Source: Macrostomum lignano (Eukaryota). From it: a DNA stretch of 48,474 bases. Below, in pieces: positions 35,081-46,250 of the stretch. The notes beneath the pieces were generated by a model, which worked only from the letters and a program-made list of their open reading frames with translations, made no database searches and was not told the origin of the DNA. Where the stretch lies: assembly GCA_002269645.1 (NCBI GenBank), contig NIVC01003864.1, forward strand, positions 1 to 48,474, read 5' to 3'. Position numbers and translations under genes: made by a program. The stretch's first letter is position 1. Each line of letters begins with the position of its first letter.

Positions 35081-35121
<41 letters not shown>

Positions 35122-35124
35122 GGC

Positions 35125-35162
<38 letters not shown>
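34765..35162. repeat. (GACA)n microsatellite
   Basis: Directly visible. Confidence 0.95.
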
Positions 35163-35163
<1 letters not shown>

Positions 35164-35504
35164 TAAAGTCACCCTGATTCCAGTGATTTACAAGGAACTC
35201 TTGCCCCAAAATAGAAGCCCTACCCGGGCGCTCTCAGGCCAAGGGAAAATCATGTTTTTGCGTTCTTTTCTGCTTAAAGGGGAAATGTTATTGAACGAAA
35301 TTGCCCATCGCCTGACATTGACAGAGTTTGCCCGCAGCTATCACTAGGATTCGCTGATTAAGTCGGGGATAAATAGGAGCGATAAATTGTAACTCGTGAC
35401 AGCAGAGTCTGCTGGGAGGGGCTGATCTGTACCCGTACAATCCTTCGCACTTGTAGATGCACAGATTGTAAACATTTTTATTATGGTTTCAGTATAACAT
35501 ACAG

Positions 35505-36058
35505 AAAGACAGGCATTAAGACAGAGTGACAGACGGACACAGATAGAGTGACAGACGGACACAGGCAGGTGAACAGTCAGACAGGAACAGACACAGTGAC
35601 AGACAGACGGACACAGACAGAGTGACAGACAGACGGACACAGGTAGAGTGACAGACAGACAGACGGGCACAGACAGAGTGACAGACAGACGGACACAGAC
35701 GGAGTGACAGACAGAGTGACAGACAGACGAACACAGGCGGAGTGACAGACAGAGTGACAGACAGATGGGCACAGACGGAGTGACAGACAGAATGACAGAC
35801 AGACGAACACAGACGGAGTGACAGAAAGACGGGCACAGACAGAGTGACAGACAGTCGGACACATACAGAGTGACAGACACAGGCAGAGTGACAGACAGGG
35901 TGACAGACAGAGTGACAGACAGACGGGCACAGACAGAGTGACAGACACAGACAGAGTGACAGGCGGAAACAGATAGAGTGACAGACGACACAGGCAGGTT
36001 AACAGTCAGACGGGCACAGACACAGTGACAGGCAGGCGGGCACAGACAGAGTGACAGA
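35505..36058. repeat. Degenerate gacagagtgacagacagacgg compound repeat
   Basis: Directly visible. It begins immediately beyond the exon-7 donor on the minus strand. Confidence 0.9.
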
Positions 36059-36065
36059 TGCTCAC

Positions 36066-36867
36066 CTGAGGCTTGCCCGACCTCGCCAATTCAACAGCGG
36101 ACGACGCCGCAGCAGCAGCCGCAGCCGAGGCAGAATTCGTGCCAACAGTTGACGCAGCCGACGCCGCCGACGCGCCACCAGCTGTCGACGATCTCGACGG
36201 CGAAGGTGAGGGCGACGCGGAGGCGGCCCGAGCGGCGGCTGCGATGGTGGCGGCAATGGTAGCCGCGGCAGCCGCGGCGGCGGCCACAGACGATGACGAA
36301 CAGCAGCCTGGCGGCAGCAGCAGCACGCTGGTCGGCAAGCTGCCGCACGAAGCCGTCCTGGAGACCGGCTGGCGCCGGCGCAACAGTCGAATACCGGCTC
36401 GAAGCTGGCGAATCGAGTCCAGATCGGCGAGTCGAGCAGCCAACACCGGCTCGTCTGGCAGCGAGGCGGCGAGGTAGGCGGCCAGCCGGTCAACCTCGGA
36501 TTCGAGGTGTCGAGCGGCCCGAGGCCCCAGACAAGCCCCGACCGGTTCGGCGGCCTCGCAACGTCGGCGACGTCTCAACAGCAGCTCGGCGCTCCAGGTG
36601 GCCGCCAGTGCGGCTACTGGCTGGGCGAGCAGCTCCAGTCGGTGATCCGATTCCGCTTCGCCGAGGCCTCTGGCGCCGGCCAGCATAGGGCCGAGGCAAC
36701 CGTCGAATAGTGTGTCGGTGGCGGCCGTGGCTGCTGCCGGCGCAGCGCCTCCGGCGGCTACGACAGATGACGCGGTCGGCGGCGGCGAGGCCATCTCGGC
36801 TAGTTGCCAGGCGCGCTCGGCGCTGGGGAAAAAGGCGCCAAGATGGCGCCTGGCGCGGGATAGGCAC
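36066..36867 (-). CDS. CCDC142: CCDC142-like gene, exon 7
   Basis: Acceptor ccctccag|G (phase 2) and donor CAG|gtgagc. RCLSRARRHLGAFFPSAERAW...TLFDGCLGPMLAGARGL...LAQPVAALAATWSAELL...AARHLESEVDRL...SIRQLRAGIRLLRRRQP is collinear with my recollection of human CCDC142 (ECHKQAMQGFKLYMPRGRYW...VLEPVLQGLQGL...ALTAIVGAWLDHIL...GALQLKQDF...IFQQLDGALLCLLQQP). Confidence 0.8.
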
Positions 36868-36894
36868 CTGGAGGGTTGGGAAGGGGTGAGGAGT

Positions 36895-38030
36895 AGATTC
36901 TATCTCAATCCCTACCCATTCTATCTCAATCCCTACCGATTCTATCTCAAACCCTACCGATTCTATCTCAATCCTTATCGATTCTATCTCAATCCCTACC
37001 GATTCTATTTCAATCCCTACCCATTCTATCTCAATCCCTACCCATTATATCTCAATCCTTATCGAGTCTATCTCAATCCTTATCGATTCTATCTCAATCC
37101 TTATCGATTCTATCTCAATCCTTATCGATTCTATCTCAATCCCTGCCGATTCTATCTCAATTTCTACCGATTCTATCTCAATTTTTACCTATTCTATCTC
37201 AATCCCTGCCGATTCTATCTCAATTTCTACCAATTTTATCTCAATTTTTACCGATTCTATCTCAAACCCTACCGATTCTATCTCAATCCCTACCGATTCT
37301 ATCTCAATCCCTATTGAGTCTATCTCAATTTCTACCGATTCTATCTCAAACCCTACCGATTCTATCTCAAACCCTACCGATTCTATCTCAATCCCTACCG
37401 ATTCTATTTCAATCCCTACCGATTCTATCTCAATCCCTACCGATTCTATCTCAATCCCTACCGATTCTATCTCAATCCCTACCGATTCTATCTCAATCCC
37501 TACCGATTCTATCTCAATTTCTACCGATTCTATCTCAATTTTTACCTATTCTATCTCAAACCCTACCGATTCTATCTCAAACCCTACCGATTCTATCTCA
37601 ATCCCTACCGATTCTATCTCAATCCCTACCGATTCTATCTCAATTTTTACCTATTCTATCTCAATCCCTACCGATTCTATCTCAATCCCTACCGATTCTA
37701 TCTCAAACCCTACCGATTCTATCTCAATCCCTACCGATTCTATCTCAATCCCTACCGATTCTATCTCAATCCCTATTGAGTCTATCTCAATCCCTATTGA
37801 GTCTATCTCAATCCTTATCGAGTCTATCTCAATCCTTATCGAGTCTATCTCAATCCTTATCGAGTCTATCTCAATCCTTATCGAGTCTATCTCAATCCTT
37901 ATCGATTCTATCTCAATCCCTACCGATTCTATCTCAATCCCTACCGATTCTATGTCAATCCCTACCCATTATATCTCAAACCCTATCGATTCTATCTCAA
38001 TCCCTACCGATTCTATCTCAAAATGGAACG
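36895..38030. repeat. 21-bp satellite (gattctatctcaatccctacc) in intron 6
   Basis: About 54 units, directly visible. Confidence 0.95.
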
Positions 38031-38708
38031 ATTCCATCTTAAATTGTACCGATTTTCTCTCAAATCCTACTGACCATTTTCTATCTCAACTTCCAAGCAA
38101 GTTAAATCAAATTGAATCATGAGCAACCCTCATTGCAATATTTCAAAATGGAGAGTGATAAGCATAGATATTAGGGTAAAAGAGCCGGGTGCAGACACGG
38201 AAAATTCAAGCAAGAAGATCACGCCACATTTTTCCCTGTGTTCAGTCGCGAGGATAAAGTTCGGCAGGATGACACCCGACACCCCGACACGGATCTGACG
38301 TGAACCAATTCTTCAACTCTCTCCTCTCAGCCTTCTTCCTTTCGCCGCGCTCCCAAAGCTCTCGGCATCACGTGAGAAGAATTATTTGAACAAAAAACTG
38401 GTCACGAAGGATGGGCGTGTCATGATATTGCTCTTCTAGTTCCCTCACTGCGATGGCGAGAGAATCTTCGATATTTTTCCCTGAAGAAAGACCAATTCCC
38501 ACATGTGAACTTTACTTCTCAATCTAATACTCTACTTCTCAACCCCAGTCTATCTATCACTCTACCTCTCAATCTCAGTTCATCTAACACTCTACCTATC
38601 AACCTCAGTCTATCTAACACTCTACATCTAATCTCAGACTATCTAACGCTGTTTTTCCCAGAGCCATCTCAAAGTACTTTCATTTCCATTGAAAAACATT
38701 GCACATAC

Positions 38709-38943
38709 CTGTCACCGTAGCGTTTCATCAGCAGCGCCCTTGTGGCAGCCACGACGTCTGGCAACGCCGCGAAGGCTTCAAGTCGACCTCGAAGCCGGTT
38801 GGCGCACTGGTCCGGCAAACGTCGAGGCGACAGGGCGCCGGTGAAAGCGGCGACAGCCGAAGAAATTTCGTCGCTAAGCGACGGGAGGTCGTTCAAAATG
38901 ATGGCGAAAAATCGGCGACCGCGACTGGTGCTGGCGTTGCGAT
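38709..38943 (-). CDS. CCDC142: CCDC142-like gene, exon 6
   Basis: Acceptor ctgcgcag|AT (phase 1) and donor AG|gtatgt (phase 2). RRFFAIILNDLPSL resembles CCDC142 SFLLLIQKDLPPL. Confidence 0.8.
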
Positions 38944-39066
38944 CTGCGCAGGTGATTATCAGGGTGTAGGTGATTGTTGACACCTGAGTATCAGGTGATT
39001 ATCCTGTGTTTATCAGAGTGTGGGGGATTAGTGGCCACATCTGCTCATCATCAACCAGAAGCTCAC

Positions 39067-39499
39067 CGTCTCCATCGCACACAACGTCGTCATCATCGTC
39101 AACTCGATCAACATCATCCAATTCGTCGTCCTCATCCAGGTCGCAGTCGGTCTCCATCCGGGCCAGGCTGCGGCAAGCCAGCTGAGTCAGGCTGTCCAGC
39201 TTGGACCGACAGGTGGTCAGCGAAGCCGCCAGCCAATCAGCGAGTGCAGCCAAGGGCGCTTCTAATTGGCTGGCCGTCACGCGACAGGCGCCGCCCCGCC
39301 TGCCAGCCAGCCAATCGGAGAGCTCGGCGCAGCACAGGGCCACCGCTCTCAGGCAGGGCTGCAACAGCTGCGGCGTAGGCGGTGTTACTAAGGATGCCGC
39401 TGTTGTTAGGCTGTTGCTATAACTACGACGAAGACGACGACTTGTTGACGATTGGGAAGACAAAGCGAGGTGACGATCGAAGGCGCGTAACCACTCGGT
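39067..39499 (-). CDS. CCDC142: CCDC142-like gene, exon 5
   Basis: Acceptor aataacag|ACC (phase 0) and donor G|gtgagc (phase 1); 433 nt; open frame TEWLRAFDRHL...DDVVCDGD. Confidence 0.78.
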
Positions 39500-39653
39500 C
39501 TGTTATTTGAGTTGTTTGTGTAGGATTGCAGCAGTTTTGGCGGGCGGAAGCTGGACACTAGACGTATGAAAATGCTCCATACGTCTCAAAATGAGCTCAA
39601 TAGGTCTAAAAAATGAGCTCAAAATTGTTCAACACAAGCTTAATACGTTTCAA

Positions 39654-39977
39654 AATAATAATAATAATACAAAATATACTACCTCTGCCCTAATGGCCAG
39701 ATGTGCAACCGACAGCTCAGCCGCAGCGATTGTGCGGCGCATCTGAAGGCTGCGTACGGCTGTTCAGTCCAAGGACTGGGGGGGGGGGGGTTGCCACACA
39801 CACCCTGAGTTACCCCAGCTAATGCTGGCACCCATTTTACGGCTGGGGGAACTCAAGCAATGCAGAGTGAAGTGTCTCTTACTCAAGGACACAAATTGTT
39901 CCGAGTGGGTCGAGAATCGAACCCCCGACTTTTCAGTCATGAGTCCGACGCTCTGACCACTAAGCTACAGCCCCCTC
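39654..39977 (-). mobile_element. tRNA-derived SINE, family A, copy 2 (in intron 4)
   Basis: The reverse complement reads gggggctgtagcttaagtggtcagagcgtcggactcatgac...gggttcgattctcg...gtccttgagtaagagacac...gtaaaatgggtgccagcattagctgggg...cagatgcgccgc, with a (TTA)n tail. It is collinear with 7559-7845. Confidence 0.85.
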
Positions 39978-40212
39978 TAAGCTACAGCCCCCTCTAAACT
40001 ACAACCCCCTCTAAGCTAAAACCCCCTCTAAGCTACAACCCCCTCTAAGCTACAGCCCCCTCTAAGCTACAGCCCCCCCTAAGCTACAGCCCCCTCTAAG
40101 CTACAGCCCCCTCTAAGCTACAGCCCCCTCTAAGCTACAGCCCCCTCTAAGCTACAGCCCCCTCTAAGCTACAGCCCCCTCTAAGCTACAGCCCCCTCTA
40201 AGCTACAACCCC
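39961..40212. repeat. 17-bp tandem repeat (taagctacagccccctc), ~15 copies
   Basis: The unit's reverse complement, gagggggctgtagctta, is the 5' end of the adjoining SINE. Confidence 0.93.
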
Positions 40213-40316
40213 AAAATGTGAACTCAACACTGCCCCAAAAGAGGAACTCAAGAAAGCCGAACAAAGCTTCCAAGAATCGCCAATCAGCTTTGCCTAGCCA
40301 TCCCCAGCTGACTTAC

Positions 40317-41095
40317 CTGACAAGCGTGCAGCTGCAGGCGCAGAGCCAGAGACTGCAGGCAGGGTAGCAGTGCGGCAGGCTTGGCGGGGAACAGGCCGCT
40401 AGTCTCGCTAGCTGTCACTCGAACCGCATCAGCCATAGCGCCAACAGCTGACGGGGGCAGCAGCCACAGGCAGCCTAGATTATTATCCCTATCGCTGTCA
40501 TCAGACACGGGGCCCCAGCTCAGGCCGATGGTCCGGTAAGGATGAAATCGATAGTCAATCTGACGCCAGACAAGCTCCAGATACTTGCCAACAACGTGAT
40601 GCCTGACTGGCACGTCTGAATAATCCGACCAGCGAACGCCTTTCTTTTTCTTCTTTTTAGCCGCAGGCGGTGCGTCTGCAGTTGAAGTCGAAGTGGCGGC
40701 CAGAGACGATTGAGCCTGCTGCGGCGGTAGCGGAGGCGGTGGCGGAGGCGGCGCCGCTGACTGACTCGGAGGTGAATGCGGCTGCGGCTGTGGCGGCGGC
40801 GACTGAGGCCCCGGCGGCTCAGAGTTCAAACCGCTGACCAGATTCTCCACGGTGTCATCTTTGCGTAGCAGGCCGCCGACAACGGTGGAATGGCTGCCGC
40901 CAATGGTGCTTGTGTCGGATTCGGCGCTTGAGCCGCCCTGGCGCGGCAGCAGCTGGGTGCTCTGCGCCAGACAGTCAAGCAGGCCGCTGGCAAAGTCCCA
41001 CTCTGCTCGAAGCCAATCGGTTATGGGACACGTCTGAGCCGACAGGAGGGCCACGGCGGCGGCGGATGCGGAGGCTTGGGCGGCGTCAACGTCGA
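40317..41095 (-). CDS. CCDC142: CCDC142-like gene, exon 4
   Basis: Acceptor ccacccag|TC (phase 1) and donor CAG|gtaagt (phase 0); 779 nt open. Contains a Pro-rich linker, a poly-Lys NLS-like run and VGKYLELVWRQID. Confidence 0.78.
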
Positions 41096-41159
41096 CTGGG
41101 TGGTTGGGCGATGGTGACGGTGTTGACTATGCTTTTTCAAACTTTATCAGGTTCTTTTC

Positions 41160-41325
41160 TGATAATTGGATTCTCTTTGATGCTAATCTGATTCTGTTCT
41201 ATGCTAATCCGATTCTCTTTGGTGCTAATCCGATTCCGTTCCGTGCTAATCCGATTCCGTTCTGTGCTAATCCGATTCTGTTCTGTGCTAATCCGATTCT
41301 GTTCTGTGCTAATCCGATTCTGTTC
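41160..41325. repeat. 21-bp repeat (gattctgttctgtgctaatcc) in intron 3
   Basis: About 7 units. Confidence 0.88.
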
Positions 41326-41329
41326 TGGA

Positions 41330-41775
41330 GGGGGAACAGTGCTAGTCTACATACACTAAATCTGCTACTAGGCAGTCACTCACGGCCCCTAAGGGGGACA
41401 CAGTGCTAGTCCACATACAATAAATCTGCTACTAGGCAGTCACTCGCGGCCCCCCAAGGGGGACACAGTGCTAGTCCACATACACTAAATCTGCTACTAC
41501 TCACGGCCCCTAAGGGGGACACAGTGCTAGTCCACATACACTAAATCTGCTACTACTCACGGCCCCTAAGGGGGACACAGTGCTAGTCCACATACACTAA
41601 ATCTGCTACTACTCACGGCCCCTAAGGGGGACACAGTGCTAGTCCACATACACTAAATCTGCTACTACTCACGGCCCCTAAGGGGGACACAGTGCTAGTC
41701 CGCATACACTAAATCTGCTACTACTCACGGCCCCTAAGGGGGACACAGTGCTAGTCCAAATACACTAAATCTCCT
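41330..41775. repeat. 56-bp minisatellite (first units 64 bp) in intron 3
   Basis: Unit ggacacagtgctagtccacatacactaaatctgctactactcacggcccctaaggg at 41461, 41517, 41573 and onward. Confidence 0.93.
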
Positions 41776-41794
41776 ATTACAGGTTATCACTCAC

Positions 41795-42116
41795 CGCCAG
41801 TGCCGCAGTCGGCAATTGCATCGGCCAATCCATCGCAGTTAAAGTAGAACCGGTGCACCGCAACCTCCGGCGCTTCGGCTCGCTCCTCCGCCAGCCGGTT
41901 GATCAGCCGGGCGAACGTCACCGGTCGAAGATCTTCAACAGCCTCTGACGGAGCGGCAAACTCGGCCAGATTCGAGCATCGCCTATTAAGCAGACGGCGC
42001 TGCCATTTCACCTGGTCGAGAGTGCTGTTAAATTCTTCGAGGCCGCGGCAAAGTTCGAATAGATCCTCCCGAGTGTGCCGGGCCAAGCCCGTGCGGGCGA
42101 GCACACTGAGACTGGC
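41795..42116 (-). CDS. CCDC142: CCDC142-like gene, exon 3
   Basis: Acceptor aaccacag|GCC (phase 0) and donor G|gtgagt (phase 1). VTFARLINRLAEERA resembles CCDC142 FPTSRVLRLLTGERG. Confidence 0.75.
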
Positions 42117-42339
42117 CTGTGGTTTTATTTATGAATTCTTATTAAATAGCCGAATAACGCTGGGTCACAGAGGCTCGAATCACCTCGGATCCCACATTTA
42201 ACCCGAGATGACAAGCTCTACGTAAATCCCAAATCCCAGATCAGAAACCATCAGATTGTAAATTATTTTTTATTACAGTTCCATTCGCCAAAATATTAGA
42301 CACGACACAAAATCTTAGATCTCAAAGCGCTATATTCCA

Positions 42340-42725
42340 AACCCCTAGATCCTATATCTCTAGATGCTATATCCCTAGATCCTATATCCTTAGACCGAGA
42401 TCCCTAGATTCTAGATCCCTAGATCCTAGTTCCTAGATTCTAGATCCATTAGATTCTAGATCCCTAGATCCTAGTTCCTAGATCCCTTGATCTTAGATCC
42501 CTAGATCCTATAACCCTAGATCCTATAACCCTAGATCCCTTGATCTTAGATCCCTAGATCCTATATCCCTAGATCGAGATTCTTAGATTCTAGATCTCTA
42601 GATTTTAAATCCCTAGATCCTAGTTCCTAGATCATAGATCCCTTGATCCTAGATCCTTTGATCCTAGATCCTAGATCCCTTGATCCTGGATCCCTAGATC
42701 CCTAGATCCTAGATATTTGACTCTA
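42340..42725. repeat. Degenerate tagatccc/tagatcct short-unit repeat in intron 2
   Basis: Directly visible. Confidence 0.88.
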
Positions 42726-42781
42726 GACCCCAAAAAATCCCCCAAAGCATCCACATCCCAAATTGCACAGAAGCAACAAAC

Positions 42782-43135
42782 CTGCAGAAAAGCCCTAGTA
42801 GACGCCAAGGCCCGATACAGCAGCCTATCCGCTGAGTCTTTATACGCAGCCAGGGCGGGCCTAGCCAAAGGCAGGCACTCCTGCAGTGGCGCGCTAGCCT
42901 GCACGTAGGATCGAACGTGTTGAGCATGACTCAGACTGGCTCTGAGGCGCTCGCACAGGGCCCTAGCCGAGCCCAGCTTCGAGCTGACAACGGCGGCGCA
43001 ATCGTAGCGACTGGCGCCCGAGGCAGACGATGATGAAGAAGGGCGCCTGGCGTCCGCCAGCTGGTTGGCCTCGTGATCTCGGATACGATCGATTTGATCG
43101 GCTAGCAGTGCCAGGTCGCGCAGTCGGTTGGCAAT
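42782..43135 (-). CDS. CCDC142: CCDC142-like gene, exon 2
   Basis: Acceptor ttcttttccag|ATT and donor CAG|gtttgt, both phase 0; 354 nt open (IANRLRDLALLADQIDRIR...STRAFLQ). The ORF track captured this only in part. Confidence 0.75.
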
Positions 43136-43199
43136 CTGGAAAAGAAAGGAGTGAGCACACGATTAGGATTGATCTCAATCTAGTTGAGATGAAAATGAA

Positions 43200-43415
43200 G
43201 TCATCTAGACATCTCGATTTGAGCATCTAGACATCTCGATTTCAGCATCTAGACATCTCGATTTCAGCATCTAGACATATCAATTTGAGCATCTAGACAT
43301 CTTGATTTGGGATCTATTAATTTCGAATTGGACATTCATAGATCTCTCAAATTGGACATCTATAGATCTCTCAACTTAGACATTTATGGATCTCTCAACT
43401 TGGACATCTACAGAT
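43200..43415. repeat. 22-bp repeat (catctagacatctcgatttcag) in intron 1
   Basis: Period 22 (43202, 43224 and onward), degenerating to the right. Confidence 0.85.
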
Positions 43416-43440
43416 CCGAACCCGTCGCCTTCCCCATCAC

Positions 43441-43965
43441 CTTTCTATCCAGCTCCAACAGGTGCAGTCGCCTCTCCAACTCGTGCAATCTCTGCAGGCC
43501 GGTGTGAAACCTTGGCAACGCGCCGGCGTGTCTCATAGCCAGGCTGTCCGCCCCGCTGCAATGCAGGGTGACGCCAAGTGCCGGCTGGTTGACAAACTTC
43601 GCCGTGGCCTCCCTCAGGGCGTCTCTCAACGCGTCCTGATCAAGTCGGACCCAACGGCGAGGGCCGGGCATCGGGAAGCGACTGGGTGGCGACGGCGAAG
43701 CAAAGTCTGGCGACTTTGAAGTTGCCGCAGTTGCAGCTGCAGCAGCAGCGGCGTCTTGGCGCATCAAGTAGTTGCGAGCGGAGGATGACGCTGGTCGATG
43801 CTTCAACGGCGGCTGCATCGTCATCGGCGGTGGCGTCGCCATCTGGTCGTCATCTTTGTAGCTAAAATTATCACTGTTGCCAGACTCGGGATTGCTGGCT
43901 GACGGCTCGTCTTCGACCGGTTTGGCTCGGCCGATGCTGCCGAGCAGGGCTCGAGTAGTTGTCAT
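43441..43965 (-). CDS. CCDC142: CCDC142-like gene, first coding exon seen
   Basis: ATG at 43965 and donor AAG|gtgatg (phase 0); 525 nt. GLQRLHELERRLHLLE resembles CCDC142 ALQRLRAVLLRLHRERE. Confidence 0.72.
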
Positions 43966-44134
43966 GCTGGCAAGTAACAGTGGAGACTTTGAATGTACAT
44001 GTACTTTTAAAACTTTGAATATACTTTTACAATTTTTAATGTACTTTCAAAGTTTTTAATGTACTTTTACAAATTGAATGTTCTTCTGGTAAAGTACATT
44101 GCCTAAAGTGCAAAACAGTGGAGCTTGGAGCTAA

Positions 44135-44600
44135 CTGCCTAATATCTAATCTCATACTGATCTCAATGGATTGTAGATGACTGCGTAATATCTAATCTCA
44201 TACTGATCTCAATGGATTGGAGATGATTCCCTAAAATCCAATTCCATAATGATCTCAATGGATTGGAGATGATTCCCTAAAATCCAATTCCATAATGATC
44301 TCAATGGATTGGAGACGATTCCCTAAAATCCAATTCCATAATGATCTCAATGGATTGGAGATGATTCCCTAAAATCCAATTCCATAATGATCTCAATGGA
44401 TTGGAGATGATTCCCTAAAATCCAATTCCATAATGATCTCAATGGATTGGAGATGATTCCCTAAAATCCAATTCCATAATGATCTCAATGGATTGGAGAT
44501 GATTTCCTAATATCTAATCTCATATTTATCTAATCTCATATTGATCTAAGCTCATACTGATCTAATCTAATACTGATCTAATCTTAATGGATTAGAGCTG
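44135..44600. repeat. 46-bp minisatellite upstream of the CCDC142-like ATG
   Basis: Unit gattccctaaaatccaattccataatgatctcaatggattggagat (44225, 44271 and onward), flanked by atctaatctcatactg variants. Confidence 0.92.
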
Positions 44601-45909
44601 ATTGCTTCGTGTCTATTCTTATACTCTTAATTCCAAGGTAAGAGATTGATCTGTAGAAATCTATTCTCACACTCCCATCTTACCCTAAATTAACAGAGAG
44701 GGTCTGACACTGCCTCACATCTAATCTCACCCTGATCTCGATGACAATAAGTAGATTATTGAGCTTCTAGTCTAGAGCTAATTCTAGCATTTTTTCTGCT
44801 TCAACAGACGTAAAACAAAAGACTAAAAGTTCTTTTAATAAATACTGAGCAGAAAATCAAAAATTCAATATTTTATATTCGATATTTTTAACAATAGCTA
44901 TAATAATGAGCACCAAATTTTAATTCAAGTAATAGAAAAAAAACGTTTCAATGTAAAACAACAATACTGTAAATAAAATAGAGAGCTTTAGACTAAAACA
45001 CATAGCATTGACATTGACATGGCTAAGGCGGCCATTTTGTGAGCTCTAAGATGGATCTTCACAAGGCCGAAAATTAACAATCTGGAAAAGTTTCTTTGCC
45101 ACTTTCCCCTCTATAACTATTTTTAAAAGGTTTAAAATATAGCGATTTTAGTCAAACAAACAAGTTTGTCAGCTTTTAAACTAAACTGCGTTTGGCCAGC
45201 GCTTTTCAACAGTTTCAGTCTCGATGTCCTGTTGCATCTCCATCTCTGTTGCTAAGCCGTGGATCTCCCGACGACCTTCAAAAGAACTCTAGAAAAAGAG
45301 TCAGTGAGACTGCAGTCAACGCTAACAGAGAAGTTAAGAGAGAAACAGAAAGTCAGATAAACAGAGCCAGTTCCTCCCTTGCCTCCCTGTGCTTTTAAAA
45401 CTTTTTTCTGCTTTCAGCTACTTTCCTCTTGCAGAAGAAGAAAAACACAGCATCTCTGCACTTGCGTGGGAGTAAGCGCTCTCTAAGGATAGAAGGCTGT
45501 GAGGAGTTGGGAAAATTGGCGCGATTCCCACGGCACTTCCTCTTAAGCAATGCTCCACTGCCGTCGAGGTAAAGCAAGTTTTTCTCCCTATAATTACTGC
45601 TGCGATGCGCGCTCTTTTGTGTGTACTTTTATGGGATTATTATGATTTCAAATCGCATTTTTGTTTGAGACGTGAAAAATTCACAAGTCTAATTGTGAGT
45701 AACTAATGAATTAATAATTTGCGAAAATGTTTCCTTTTTAATTTTCTAAAAAGTGTATAAACTGAACGTGTTGGAGGATTTTTTTACAAAATCTAGAACC
45801 TTGGTGAAAGAATTTTGAGTCGTAGTAAGCGAATTTTCTAGATGCTTTTACTGAGCATCGTTTGGACGTGTACTTTTTTCTGAAAATCTGTACTTATAAA
45901 AAGATTTGT

Positions 45910-46250
45910 ACTTTTGAGAGGATCTGTACTTCTGAGAGAATCTACACTTCTGAGAGGATCTACACTTCTGAGAGGATCTGTACTTCTGAGAGGATCTGTA
46001 CTTCTGAGAGGATCTGTACTTTTGAAAGGATCTGTACTTCTGAGAGGATCTGTACTTTTGAGAGGATCTGTACTTCTGAGAGGATCTGTACTTCTGAGAG
46101 GATCTGTACTTTTGAGAGGATCTGTACTTCTGAGAGGATCTGTACTTCTGAGAGGATCTGTACTTTTGAGAGGATCTGTACTTCTGAGAGTATTTGCACT
46201 TCTGAGAGGATCTGTACTTCTGAGAGGATCTGTACTTTTGAGAGGATCTG
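45910..46250. repeat. 18-bp minisatellite (tgagaggatctgtacttc)
   Basis: About 19 units, directly visible. Confidence 0.95.

Noticed and set aside
36712-38042. FYLNPYR and ILSQSLP repeat ORFs, and 45838-46300 RICTSE-type ORFs
   Set aside because: These are satellite translations. The first two lie antisense within an intron of the CCDC142-like gene.
45028-45039. YY1-like motif (gcggccattttg) as the CCDC142-like promoter
   Set aside because: A single short motif ~1 kb from the ATG with no TSS evidence is not enough.
45190-45600. GC-richer island as an exon of another minus-strand gene (RREIHGLATEMEMQQDIETETVEKRWPNAV*)
   Set aside because: The frame is short, no homology is recognised, and no partner exon was found in the remaining AT-rich 3 kb.
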